Part shown: positions 1 to 9,768 of the stretch, one piece after another | Position numbering within the stretch: the first letter of the stretch is position 1 | How the letters are laid out: the number at the start of each line of letters is the position of its first letter | NCBI GenBank assembly: GCA_965237675.1 | Contig: OZ250150.1 | Coordinates: forward strand, 1,856,001-1,920,000 | Source of the DNA: Candidatus Latescibacterota bacterium | GTDB lineage: Bacteria > Latescibacterota > UBA2968 > GCA-2709665 | DNA: 64,000 bases | Reading direction: 5' to 3' | The notes under the pieces: model-generated | Databases searched by the model: none | The model's input: the letters and a program-made list of their open reading frames with translations, nothing else | What the model was told of the DNA's origin: nothing | Translations under genes and position numbers: made by a program

Positions 1-1015
1 TTTCCCACCCGGCGTATCCGTTGATGGGGTCGCCGAACCGCAGATTCGCATAGGCAACCCGCCTGCACTGCTCCAGCATTCTCTCATTGATGGCGCTCAG
101 ATACAACGGATCTCTCCCGAACCAGAATTTTTGAATCGCCGCTTCGTCCGGCGGGGGTTCGCCCTTCTTCCACGCCTTCTTGTCCAGCATCAGGAATACC
201 GATTGCATGAAACGCCGCTCCCGGTCGGGCAGCCGCGCCAGGCCGTCCACGTAGGCCCGGTAGGCCGCTTCGGGGTCACCCTTGGCCTGATGACCCAACC
301 CCGCGAAGAAGTAGGCGTCCGTGCGGTCCGGGTGTCGTTCGAGGTCCTCCTCAAACAGCGCGATCAGCGCATCGGGCATCCGTGCCATATAGTACGCCAG
401 GCCCAGGTACACCCGGGACGGCCAGTGGTGCGCATCCAGCCACAGGGCGCGGCTCAGATAATCGATCCCGACGTCCACCTCCATGTCCGCATAGCCGCGC
501 TGTGCGAACGTGCGTCCCGTGGTCACGTCTCCGTCCCTGGCCACACGCGTCTCGTCCCCTTCTTGGTCGCGGGTGAAAAACGTCATTTCCCACGACCAGA
601 CCACGTACCGACCCGCCCAATAGTGCGCGCGAACGTTTTTCGGATCCAGCGCGATGGCCTCCCGCGCTTTTTTGAAGGACGCGGATCTCGGTCCGGTTCG
701 CCACAGCAATTCCGCGAACGTCGCAACATAGTCCGCGTTCTCGGGTTCCCGTTCGCGCGCCCGCTTCAGCAGGGACCGCGCCTGCTGGCGCGAGTACGTC
801 GTGGCTTTTTCCAACTTCAATCGCGCGAGGGCGTGCATGGCCCTGCCCGACCGGTCGTGTTTCATCGCCTGCTTCGCGAGATCCCTGCGCGTTTCCCACT
901 CCAGCGTCGTATCCGTGGATGCCAGAATGAGCGAATCCACCTTCGCCGGATCGGCGTGCGCGGCGTGTGCCGCGGCCGTAAACGAGCCCAAGCATAATAC
1001 GATCAATACAAACAT
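1..1015 (-). CDS. Secreted TPR + GWxTD-domain protein, truncated by the window edge
   Basis: Not in the ORF track because it has no stop inside the window. Manual minus-strand translation from ATG 1015: MFVLIVLCLGSFTAAAHA (signal-like), TPR-like segments (KRAREREPENADY, REAIALDPKNVRAHYWAG), ending FWFGRDPLYLSAINERMLEQCRRVAYANLRFGDPINGYAGWE at position 1, the GWxTD family signature. Confidence 0.85.
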   Translation of the reverse strand, partial: MFVLIVLCLGSFTAAAHAAHADPAKVDSLILASTDTTLEWETRRDLAKQAMKHDRSGRAMHALARLKLEKATTYSRQQARSLLKRAREREPENADYVATFAELLWRTGPRSASFKKAREAIALDPKNVRAHYWAGRYVVWSWEMTFFTRDQEGDETRVARDGDVTTGRTFAQRGYADMEVDVGIDYLSRALWLDAHHWPSRVYLGLAYYMARMPDALIALFEEDLERHPDRTDAYFFAGLGHQAKGDPEAAYRAYVDGLARLPDRERRFMQSVFLMLDKKAWKKGEPPPDEAAIQKFWFGRDPLYLSAINERMLEQCRRVAYANLRFGDPINGYAGWE

Positions 1016-1081
1016 TCTAATCTCCGAAAACCCGGCGGGATTTTCATTCTTGCGACACCAATCCACGCGATCCGCGATAGG

Positions 1082-2194
1082 CTATGGCGCGTGAATCGTC
1101 TCATGGGCACGGTTGTACCGCGCCATCGCCGCCATATCCAGTTCGCACCCCAGCCCGGGGGCCGTGGAAACCGGCGTGAATCCCTCTTCGAAAACCATCG
1201 GCTCCAGGATCAGGTTGCTTTCTCGTACCCAGCTGCCCACGATGTCCGACGCCATGGTGCAGTTCGGCACCACCGAGACCGCGTGCACGAAGGAGGATTC
1301 CATGATTCCCAGGTCCACCCCGGAACCGTGCCAGCAGCGCAGCCCGGCCGCCTCCGCAACGGCGGCGCTTTTCGCAAAGCCCATCATGCTCCCACCCAGG
1401 TTGACGCAGTCCACCACGCCGGCCTTCACCGCCCGCAGCACCCCCTCACCACTCCCGAGATGCATCGCAACCGGAATACCGATGGCCTCGTGAATCTCCA
1501 CGTACCCTTCCATATCCGTCTTGGGAATCGGATCCTCGAATACCTCCACGTTGCCGAGTTGCTCGAGGTGACCGGCCAGTTCAATCGTCTGCGCCGCCGT
1601 GCGAAACCGCTCGTTGGGGTCGACCGTGACCTTGAACTCCGGTCCGGCCACGTCCCGGATGGCCCGCAGCCGCGCCACCATCGGTTCCTCGATCTTGCAC
1701 TTGATTTTGATCCCCTTGAAGCCGTGCTCGAGCGCCCGCGCGACCGTCCGCTTTCCATCCTCAGGTGTCTGGGACCCCATCCAGTAATCCGCCCGCACGC
1801 GGTCGCGCACCGCCCCGCCGAGCAGGGCGTGTACGGGAAGTCCGCGCACCCGGCCGATCAGATCGAAAACGGCTACCTCGAGGGCGTGGTACGCGGGCCC
1901 CGTTCCCACTTCCAGCATCTTCTCCGATCCATCGCTGCGAGACGCGTAGATATCCTGCAGCGTCACCGCCTCGGGGTCCCTGCCAAGCACCAGGCCCGCG
2001 CCCGCGCGCACGTCCTCGATGGGCACGCCCCGTCCGGTTTCGCCCAACCCGTAGTACTCGGTATCCGTATTGAGCCGGAGGATATGCTTGGTCACCTCGT
2101 CCCACCCGACTTTCGGCACCCATTCGGGGCTGTTCACCCGCCCTTGGATAGTCGGCACCACCACGGTCCATACGTCTATTGACGTCATTTTCAT
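1082..2194 (-). CDS. Mandelate racemase/muconate lactonizing (enolase superfamily) enzyme
   Basis: 370 aa; GLGE N-terminal motif, FDLIGR..GLPVHALLGG, KxK (IKIK), DPNE, EDP, C-terminal PGLG. Confidence 0.9.
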   Translation of the reverse strand: MKMTSIDVWTVVVPTIQGRVNSPEWVPKVGWDEVTKHILRLNTDTEYYGLGETGRGVPIEDVRAGAGLVLGRDPEAVTLQDIYASRSDGSEKMLEVGTGPAYHALEVAVFDLIGRVRGLPVHALLGGAVRDRVRADYWMGSQTPEDGKRTVARALEHGFKGIKIKCKIEEPMVARLRAIRDVAGPEFKVTVDPNERFRTAAQTIELAGHLEQLGNVEVFEDPIPKTDMEGYVEIHEAIGIPVAMHLGSGEGVLRAVKAGVVDCVNLGGSMMGFAKSAAVAEAAGLRCWHGSGVDLGIMESSFVHAVSVVPNCTMASDIVGSWVRESNLILEPMVFEEGFTPVSTAPGLGCELDMAAMARYNRAHETIHAP

Positions 2195-2309
2195 CGTACA
2201 CTCCTCCTTTTTGGAGATTGCGGAATACCGTTTGCCTACACCTGGCGCGCGGGAGTCCGTTCAACGATCCAATCACTCCCCCTTGAGTGGGAGTCGCAGA
2301 AGCCGAGCC

Positions 2310-2830
2310 GCTCCCTGAGCCTGTCGAAGGGTCGGCGACGGGTAGGGAAGCGCGGGCATTTCGACAAGCTCAATGAACGCGCTTCGACTAGCCTGCCTGG
2401 AAAGGCCGTTTCGACAAGCTCAACGCGATCAGCACGGGCAATGGCCGCGTTTCGTTCGGCGCGCTTCGACTACGCTCAGAATGACATGCTTTGCAATAGC
2501 CATTGGCGAAATGTGCCGGTCACTTGTCGGCACAAACTGTCATGCTGAGGATGCCGCCAGGCCGACGAAGCATCTCCTGCGGCATAGGATCATGCCCGCG
2601 GGTCTGGCATTCGGTCCGTCCTGAAATGCAGCACTTCCGCTATTGCTTCGACCGTGCTCAGAATGACAGGGCGGCGGATCATCAGGCTGTTGAGATCCCT
2701 CTCACGCGGGTGCTCACTGTCATGCTAAGGAAGCCGGCAGGCTGACGAAGCATCTACTGCGGCTTCGGATGATGTCTTAGCTTCTGGCACTAGGCCTGAA
2801 CCTGACAGGCAGCGCAATCGAGAATGACAG
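2310..2830. repeat. REP-like hairpin cluster downstream of the GIY-YIG gene, including one degenerate 182-bp unit
   Basis: TGAGCCTGTCGAAG and TTCGACAAGCTCAA copies at 2315-2425; CTTCGAC..GCTCAGAATGACA at 2464 and 2646 (182 bp apart); TGTCATGCT.AGGA..GCC...GACGAAGCATCT at about 2538 and 2718. Confidence 0.85.
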
Positions 2831-2903
2831 GGCGGACGACAATTAAGTGTTCAGACGTACTTAAGAAGCGGTGGCAAAGAGCGGCTGCGCCGCTTCATAC
2901 AGA

Positions 2904-3185
2904 CTACCAGTCTTTGGACAAATCTCCCATTGCCGGATTGGTGCAACTAACAAGATCGAGCTTTTTCTGTCGCGTCCACCCTTTCAACTGCTTTTCCCTT
3001 GATATCGCTCCGCGAATATCGGATGTCGTTTCAAAGTATATCAGTCTATTCATCCTATACTTGCTTGTGTAGCCCGGAATGAGCTTGTGCTTGTGTTCAT
3101 AGACCCGTCGTTTGAGATTGTTGGTAACACCAATATAGAGGGTACCACTTCGATTTGTCATAATGTAGACGAAGTATTGGTTCAT
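2904..3185 (-). CDS. Small stand-alone GIY-YIG endonuclease (UPF0213-like)
   Basis: 93 aa; YFVYIM..SGTLYIGVTNNLKRRVYEH, catalytic-type AISREKQLKGW; visibly lower GC than neighbouring genes. Confidence 0.92.
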   Translation of the reverse strand: MNQYFVYIMTNRSGTLYIGVTNNLKRRVYEHKHKLIPGYTSKYRMNRLIYFETTSDIRGAISREKQLKGWTRQKKLDLVSCTNPAMGDLSKDW

Positions 3186-3271
3186 CGATGGTTTGGATGA
3201 CTCGATTTTCCGACGATGTGTCCGCTTGAAATCGTTATCGAAGGTAATGCGAACAACTGCAGCGGAATGAG

Positions 3272-4167
3272 CGGGAGATTCTTCGACTGCGCTCAGAATG
3301 ACATGCTTTGCAATGACCGTTGTCGAAATGTGTCGGGCATTCGTTAGCCCGTACTGTCATCCTGAGGAAGCCGCCAGGCTGACGAAGGATCTCCTGCGGC
3401 ATGGGATCATGCCTGAGCGTCCGGCATTCGGTCCGCCCTGAAATGCAGCACTTCCGCACTTGCTTCGACTACGCTCAGAATGACATGCTTTGCAATAACC
3501 ATCGTCGAAACGCAGCCGTCATTCATTGGCCCAAACTGTCATTCTGACGAGGCTGTCAAACCGGCGGTGATATGTCCGCGCAAATGTGTTTACCGCGTTT
3601 CTGCGTTAGGACAATCGAATAGACGGGAGATTCTTCGACTGCGCTCAGAATGACATGCTTTGCAATGACCGTTGTCGAAACGTATCGGGCATTCGTTAGC
3701 CCGTACTGTCATCCTGAGGAAGCCGTCAGGCTGACGAAGGATCTCCTGCGGCATGGGATCATGCCCGAGCGTCTGGCATTCGCTCCGCCCTGAAATGCAG
3801 CACTTCCGCACTTGCTTCGACTACGCTCAGAATGACATGCTTCGCAATAACCATCGTCGAAACGTGTCGGGCATTCGTTAGCCCGTACTGTCATCCTGAG
3901 GAAGCCGCCAGGCTGACGTAGGATCTCCTGCGGCATGGGATCATGCCCGAGCGTCCGGCATTCGGTCCGCCCTGAAATGCAGCACTTCCGCACTTGCTTC
4001 GACTACGCTCAGAATGACATGCTTCGCAATAACCATCGTCGAAATGTGTCGGGCATTCGTTAGCCCGTACTGTCATCCTGAGGAAGCCACCAGGCTGACG
4101 AAGGATCTCCTGCGGCATGGAATCATACCCGAGCGTCTGGCATTCGCTCCGCCCTGAAATGCAGCAC
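3272..4167. repeat. Tandem array of 182-bp units, each an inverted pair of REP-like palindromes (BIME/REPIN-like)
   Basis: Motif CTTCGACT(A/G)CGCTCAGAATGACA starts at 3281, 3463, 3633, 3815 and 3997 (spacings 182, 170, 182, 182). Each full unit also holds the inverse-oriented TGTCATCCTGAGGAAGCCGCCAGGCTGACGAAGGATCTC. Linkers are near-identical between units. Confidence 0.95.
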
Positions 4168-4210
4168 ATCGGCTCCGTCTTCAGCATTATCATCCAAGAA
4201 AGAAAAGTGT

Positions 4211-4261
4211 TTGCCATTCGCTTCTGCCATACTGTATATTTAAAGTAATACACTAATACAC
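4211..4261 (+). promoter_or_regulatory. Putative promoter overlapping a YtrA-type GntR operator
   Basis: TTGCCA (4211) ... TATATT (4235), overlapped by TGTATATTTAAAGTAATACACTAATACA, with TGTA...TACA dyad character and a repeated TAATACA, directly upstream of the GntR gene. Confidence 0.55.
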
Positions 4262-4277
4262 TCTCGAGAATTGAACC

Positions 4278-4667
4278 GTGTTAATCGCAATCGATCACCA
4301 CAGCGGCGTGCCGGTTTACCGGCAGTTGATGGACCAGATCAAATTTCATATCGCAAGCGGCTTGCTGAGGCCGGGCGAAAAATTGCCCACCACGCGCTCC
4401 CTCTCCGCGGAACTGGGGGTCAATCCGATGACCGTCAGCAAAGCGTACGGCTACCTGGAGGCTGAGGGTATCGTGAAACGGCGTCGCGGACTTCCGTTGA
4501 CCGTCAGTTTTTTGAGACCCGAGAAGATCGAGGTTCATAAGCTCCATCGGCTCCGGCAGAGCCTGGCGCCCATCGTGGCCATCGCGAGACAGCTTGGCGT
4601 CGAAAAATCCCAGGCACTGGAAATATTCGGGCAGATGCTCGACGACGCCGGCGATCAGGAGGTATAA
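4278..4667 (+). CDS. GntR family transcriptional regulator, YtrA subfamily
   Basis: 129 aa; PVYRQL..QIK..IASG.L.PGEKLPTTRSLSAELGVNPMTVSKAY..LE.EG; short C-terminus; precedes an ABC ATPase. Confidence 0.92.
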   Translation: MLIAIDHHSGVPVYRQLMDQIKFHIASGLLRPGEKLPTTRSLSAELGVNPMTVSKAYGYLEAEGIVKRRRGLPLTVSFLRPEKIEVHKLHRLRQSLAPIVAIARQLGVEKSQALEIFGQMLDDAGDQEV

Positions 4668-4668
4668 T

Positions 4669-5553
4669 ATGGAATTGGCATTCGAAGTCAAGAATCTCAC
4701 CAGGTCGTTCGGAGACGTGACCGCACTGGACAACGTCAGCGTGGCCGTCCCGAAACCGGCGGTTGTGGGTCTCATCGGCAGGAACGGAAGCGGCAAGACG
4801 ACCCTGCTCCGCCACGTCATCGGCCTCTATCTGCCTTCCAGCGGGCAATGCACCACCCTTGGATGCGCCAGTGACAAACTCGGCCCCGGCGAACTTTCTC
4901 GCATCGGCGTCGTTCACCAGGAGAACCGGTTCCTGGAATGGATGAAAGTGGAGCAGCAACTTCGCTACGTCTCTTCGTTCTACAAACACTGGGACCTGGA
5001 CCTGGAAGAGCGCCTGCTCGAGGAACTTGAACTGGAGTCCTCTGCGCGCGTGGGCACCCTCTCGCCCGGCAACGCACAAAAACTGGGCATCATTCTGGCC
5101 GTCTGCCATCGTCCGGACCTGCTGATTCTGGACGAACCCTTCAGCGGCCTGGACCCCATCACGCGCGCCCAGTTTCTGAAATTCCTCCTCGAACTCGTTC
5201 AACACGACACCAATACAATCGTCATATCGTCCCACGTTCTACACGACGTCGAAAAGGTCGTCAACCGGGTGATCTGCCTCGACCGGGGCCGAATAAAGGC
5301 GGAGGCCTCGCTGGACGACCTCCAGGAGCGATTCGCCGAATGGCGGGTAACCGTCAAAGCTGGCAGACTCCCCACGCACTTTGAAGAGAACTTCGTGATC
5401 TCCCAGGAGGTGGACAGCTACCAGGCCCGCCTGCTCGTGAAGGGGGCTTCGAACAACCTGGACGCGTTCAAGTCGAAATACGGCGTGGACGTGGCCAGCA
5501 GCCCGCTGAACCTGGAGAGCATGTTCCCGCTCCTCCTTCAGGAGACCGGATGA
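4669..5553 (+). CDS. ABC-2 type transporter ATP-binding protein
   Basis: Walker A GRNGSGKT, variant signature LSPGN, Walker B LLILDEP, H-loop ISSH. Start at ATG 4669 after GGAGG. Confidence 0.93.
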   Translation: MELAFEVKNLTRSFGDVTALDNVSVAVPKPAVVGLIGRNGSGKTTLLRHVIGLYLPSSGQCTTLGCASDKLGPGELSRIGVVHQENRFLEWMKVEQQLRYVSSFYKHWDLDLEERLLEELELESSARVGTLSPGNAQKLGIILAVCHRPDLLILDEPFSGLDPITRAQFLKFLLELVQHDTNTIVISSHVLHDVEKVVNRVICLDRGRIKAEASLDDLQERFAEWRVTVKAGRLPTHFEENFVISQEVDSYQARLLVKGASNNLDAFKSKYGVDVASSPLNLESMFPLLLQETG

Positions 5554-6890
5554 TGGGGTTCTACGCGCTCTACCGATTGCTATGGCGCCCGGTTATCATT
5601 GCATTCTATGTGCTTTTGGCCGGGATAATTCTATTGGTGCTTTCGGCTGCCGGCACGGATTTTCCCTCGCTGCCTGAACCGGGACGCCTCATCCTGCTCA
5701 CCCTCGCTTTTTCTTCACTTGCCGGCTTCTTTGTCGGCCAGAGTGTGGGCGAGATCCAGCACACGCCGCTCTCCTGGTCGATTCCCCGTATACGCAGGCG
5801 GCTCGTTTCTTCGGTAGGCTTCACAGGAGCCGTCATCGCCGTCCTGACAACCTGGGCCTACCATTGGATGGGCGGTTCTGCCCCCATAATCCCAATTCTA
5901 ACGTCCGGCTTTCTCTGGTACAGTTTGACATTTACGATCGGAACCTACGAATTCCTGGACGCTCGATCGCTCTGGATCCGCAAATCCGCTGTCTCGTTTC
6001 TTGCGATTTTGATTTTCGTTTTCGGCGTACTCTCGATCAATCGGATCACCGAACTTTACATGTCCCAACCGGCTATATGCGCGCTTGTTACGCTGATTGT
6101 CGCGCTACTCTATTTGAGACGCAGCTTTGGCGTTAACGCCGCCAGGGGAAAATCGCTTGTCTCGATGCCGTTGTTCCATCGGTTCACGTTCGGAACTTAC
6201 AAAACGTCGAAATTGGCCGCACGGAGAAACTCCAGGCGGAGATGGAAACTCACAGCTCCGCTCACCGGCCTTATCGACTGGATCCGCGCCGGCGAGTACG
6301 AGAACTACGGCACCGTCCGGGTCGGATTGGTGGGTGCGTTTCCGCACTCGGTTGGGTTCCTGGTTGTCGTGGCGGTCATGGTTCGGATTGTCGGGCCAGA
6401 TCAGGTGGTCGGAGCCGTTGTCACGCCCGTGAGCGTAGGCCTTGTCATGTTGCAGCTATCGTTGTACCTGAAAAAAGGCTGGCTCTATCCCCTCTCTCGA
6501 GTGCAGTTGGCGAGACTCGCTTACTGGAGCAGCCTTCTACATAACGCTCTATATTGCGGGATCATTTTATTGTCATTTTTTCTGCTGGAAGGACTCACCG
6601 GAATTTTTGCAGGGCTCGACCTCTCGCGTCCTCTCCTGCTGATGTTTATCTGCAACCCGGTCATTCAATGGATGCGCCTTCGATGCGTGCACATGAATAT
6701 TTCTTCATACGCAATATTATTGGCGCCTTTCCTGATTGGCTATTCGATCCTGAATGCGGCGTGGCTTGGTTGGGTCACAGATATTTCCTTCGCCTATGAG
6801 TCCGCCGCGGTTGCAGGTCTGATCCTCCTATCCCAGGGGCTCTTTCGTTACAGAGTGATGACCTACTACAAAAAGGGCGATCTCGTCTGA
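5550..6890 (+). CDS. Multi-TM membrane protein, putative ABC permease (paralog 1)
   Basis: 446 aa with many hydrophobic helices; overlaps the ATPase stop; shares WIRAGEYEN, KKGWLYPLSR.QLARLAY and SQ.LFRY...GDLV* with the next two genes. Confidence 0.8.
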   Translation: MMGFYALYRLLWRPVIIAFYVLLAGIILLVLSAAGTDFPSLPEPGRLILLTLAFSSLAGFFVGQSVGEIQHTPLSWSIPRIRRRLVSSVGFTGAVIAVLTTWAYHWMGGSAPIIPILTSGFLWYSLTFTIGTYEFLDARSLWIRKSAVSFLAILIFVFGVLSINRITELYMSQPAICALVTLIVALLYLRRSFGVNAARGKSLVSMPLFHRFTFGTYKTSKLAARRNSRRRWKLTAPLTGLIDWIRAGEYENYGTVRVGLVGAFPHSVGFLVVVAVMVRIVGPDQVVGAVVTPVSVGLVMLQLSLYLKKGWLYPLSRVQLARLAYWSSLLHNALYCGIILLSFFLLEGLTGIFAGLDLSRPLLLMFICNPVIQWMRLRCVHMNISSYAILLAPFLIGYSILNAAWLGWVTDISFAYESAAVAGLILLSQGLFRYRVMTYYKKGDLV

Positions 6891-6926
6891 TCCGCGTTTC
6901 CGCATGGTCCTTAAGGGGATCATCTT

Positions 6927-8249
6927 ATGGGTGTCTACGCACTATTCGGATTGCTGTTGCGTCCATTGCACATCGCGATGTCTGTGGTCACAGTTGCGTT
7001 CTTTTTGGCCCAGATTGGATCAACTGCCAACGTTCTTGTACTGTCGTCACCGGCAATTTGCGGCGCTTTGCTTGGGAGAATCGTACAAGAACTCCGGCAT
7101 ACCCTGCTTTCGTGGACATTGCCCACCCTGCGACGGCGGCTATTCTCTTCGCTGCTCTTCGGCGGCGTTGTCACCGCGATCATCGAAACGTGGATTTACA
7201 CATCCGCTGGTGGTACTGCCCCGTGGGTCCCCATCTTCTCATCCGTTGTCCTCTGGTACAGTGTGGGACTGATTTTGGGTACGAATCCAATTCTGGCCAC
7301 GATGTTTCGGGACATCCGTCGATACGGTTTTGTTGTTTTCATTTGGATCCTGATGTTCGCCGCGATGTTCACGATCGATCGAATCGTCGAACTCTACAAT
7401 ATACAACCCGTTCTGTGTGTCCTCCTGGCATTGCTTGGTGCGTCGCTCTGTCTTCATCGTTTCTTTGACGTCAATATTGCCAGAGAAAACGCACTTGGCT
7501 CAGTGACGCACACGCAGGGCTTGAAGGCGGAATCCCGGCGGCAATGGCGGCGTATGGGCCCTTTCACCGGACTGTTTAACTGGATTCGAGCCGGCGAATA
7601 TGAAAACTTCGGCTTCAGACGCGTAGGATGGCCCGCCAGAGCGGCCTTTCTCCCGGGCATAGCAGTACTCGGGTTTGCGGCCTGCGTCATTTTACTGACT
7701 GATGACATGCCCGGTAACGTAATGCGGCGACAATCTCTCGGTTTCCAGCGGGTGGCAAACATGTTCCTAACTGTGGGTCCTGCGATTTACGCCGTGGCTT
7801 ACTCCATCAACGAATCTTTATTCCTTCAGAAAGGTTGGCTTTATCCTCAATCACGCACGCAATTCGCGAGACTAGCGTACTGGAGTGGCCTTCTCTACGG
7901 CGCTGTGTTTTTTTGGATCATGTTGCTGGCGTTTCTTGTCAGGGAGAACCTGATGCCTCAATATGCAGGTTACGACTATATCCGTCCTCTAACCCTGATA
8001 TTGATCTCTATCCCGTTCTTTCAGTGGCTGCGCGTGCGTTATGGACCGCTTTTTTTCCAAACATCTACTGGGGTTGTGACCATTTGCGGCCTGTTAGGCG
8101 TTTTGGTACTGAGTTGGTACTCGCTTAAAGCGGCTCCGCATATACCTGATGTGTATGAGTTCGTATCGTTCTCAGGTCTGATCCTTCTCTCCCAGTTCCT
8201 CTTTCGTTACAAAGTGATGGCCTATTTCAAAACAGGCGATCTCGTCTGA
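6927..8249 (+). CDS. Multi-TM membrane protein, putative ABC permease (paralog 2)
   Basis: 440 aa; WIRAGEYENF, QKGWLYPQSRTQFARLAYW, SQFLFRYKV..GDLV*. Confidence 0.8.
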   Translation: MGVYALFGLLLRPLHIAMSVVTVAFFLAQIGSTANVLVLSSPAICGALLGRIVQELRHTLLSWTLPTLRRRLFSSLLFGGVVTAIIETWIYTSAGGTAPWVPIFSSVVLWYSVGLILGTNPILATMFRDIRRYGFVVFIWILMFAAMFTIDRIVELYNIQPVLCVLLALLGASLCLHRFFDVNIARENALGSVTHTQGLKAESRRQWRRMGPFTGLFNWIRAGEYENFGFRRVGWPARAAFLPGIAVLGFAACVILLTDDMPGNVMRRQSLGFQRVANMFLTVGPAIYAVAYSINESLFLQKGWLYPQSRTQFARLAYWSGLLYGAVFFWIMLLAFLVRENLMPQYAGYDYIRPLTLILISIPFFQWLRVRYGPLFFQTSTGVVTICGLLGVLVLSWYSLKAAPHIPDVYEFVSFSGLILLSQFLFRYKVMAYFKTGDLV

Positions 8250-8282
8250 AACGCGTGTCGGCGTCGTCCTACAGGTGACAGA

Positions 8283-9731
8283 ATGATGGGGTTCTACTCG
8301 AAATTCCGATTCATTTGGCGCATGGTAAGCCTCACCTTCCTTACTGCGATCGTATCGTGCGCAATTTGGTTCACAGATCTTCATACTTTGTTTCATGGAG
8401 AGTTCAGATTCGTTCGCCATAACCTGTTGCCGTTATTGTTTCCGGCGGTTACAGGCTTTGTCGTTGGGAGTTTTGGGCGCGGGCTTCATGTCGTGTCGAT
8501 ATTTCGGACACTGCCCAATTTCCGAAGGCATATCATCTATACAATACTCTGTCTTGGTATCGCCACCGCCCTGTTGATTTCGTGGGTGTACACAAACCTT
8601 GGCGGTTCTGCGCCGTGGCTACCCATATTCACGTCCGGGTTCCTGTGGTTCAAATTGGGGATTGTCTCAGGTTGGAATCTGATGTACATCACGAAGAACG
8701 ACACGGATCTTTCGGAGCATCGCACCCATTCTGTCGTATTCGCGTTTTCCGCAATGCTCATGCTTTTTCTTGCGGGTTTCTGGTCGGATAAGTTGGCTGT
8801 CATTTATCAGGCCCATGCTTTTCTTTCCGTTCTCCTGACAACGCTCGGGGCTACGCTCTGTTTTTGCAATGTCTTTGGCGTCGCGGGCCCCGGAAAGAGA
8901 ACGCTTTTCCTCAGGCCTTCGGCTGGACGGACCAGGGTTAGAATCCAAGGTAAGAATGGTCAGGCCTCCAAGAGGGGATGCATCCGGAAATGGCGGCATA
9001 CAGGTCCGATCACCCGACTTCTGGACTGGATTCGAGCCGGTGAATTCGAAAACTTCAGTATAATTCCGGGACGATGGCTATCTATTTGCATCGGAATCTC
9101 GGCTGTAACAGTGCTGATTACAGCGGCCGGCGGGTATATAGGGGGACACAAGAGGGGTTCCCACGAGATGGGTATTCAATTTGTATACCATACTTTGGTT
9201 GATCCGGCAACTTTTAAGAATAACACCCACGTGATCGTATCGATGATTCCTGCGTTGGTCGTTTCGTTTTTCGCCGTTTTTGGATCGCTGTTCCTTAAAA
9301 GGGGTTGGCTCTATCCGCTTTCCAGGTCCCAGTTGGCCAGATACGCGTACATCGGAAGCCTTATTTGCAACACGGTGTTTTGTGGGATCCTGTTACTATC
9401 GTTTTATTTTTCTGGAATCCTCGTAGGACTCCTTGAAGGGTACGGCGTCCATTTTGGAACTATCCCCGACCTTATCCGACCGCTTATACTGATATTTGCA
9501 GTGACTCCACTTATTCATTGGCTACGCCTGCGCGACAAACCAGCTGCACCATTTGTTGCGCTATTCCTGATCTTTCCGGTTGTTGGTGTATTGGGGTCGG
9601 TGTGGCTTGAAAAGGGTTCCGGCGTATCCAGTATCTACGAGATCCTCGGATGCTCTGCTTTGATCCTTGTATCACAGGGCCTCTTTCGTTACAAAGTCGA
9701 GACCTATTTTCGGAGGGCGGATCTCGTCTGA
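8283..9731 (+). CDS. Multi-TM membrane protein, putative ABC permease (paralog 3)
   Basis: 482 aa; WIRAGEFENF, KRGWLYPLSRSQLARYAY, SQGLFRYKV..ADLV*. Confidence 0.8.
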   Translation: MMGFYSKFRFIWRMVSLTFLTAIVSCAIWFTDLHTLFHGEFRFVRHNLLPLLFPAVTGFVVGSFGRGLHVVSIFRTLPNFRRHIIYTILCLGIATALLISWVYTNLGGSAPWLPIFTSGFLWFKLGIVSGWNLMYITKNDTDLSEHRTHSVVFAFSAMLMLFLAGFWSDKLAVIYQAHAFLSVLLTTLGATLCFCNVFGVAGPGKRTLFLRPSAGRTRVRIQGKNGQASKRGCIRKWRHTGPITRLLDWIRAGEFENFSIIPGRWLSICIGISAVTVLITAAGGYIGGHKRGSHEMGIQFVYHTLVDPATFKNNTHVIVSMIPALVVSFFAVFGSLFLKRGWLYPLSRSQLARYAYIGSLICNTVFCGILLLSFYFSGILVGLLEGYGVHFGTIPDLIRPLILIFAVTPLIHWLRLRDKPAAPFVALFLIFPVVGVLGSVWLEKGSGVSSIYEILGCSALILVSQGLFRYKVETYFRRADLV

Positions 9732-9768
9732 CCCGCGCATGGGTGTTTTCCATCTGCAGACCGCACTC

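Noticed and set aside
131-997. 288-aa plus-strand ORF and 214-aa minus-strand ORF
   Set aside because: Both are shadows of the real minus-strand TPR-GWxTD frame starting at 1015.
3272-4167. CRISPR array
   Set aside because: The period is 182 bp, the linkers are near-identical rather than unique spacers, and there are no cas genes in the window.
3235-4253. Repeated short ORFs MRKCCISGR...
   Set aside because: They are translations of the tandem repeat, with no RBS or protein-like features.
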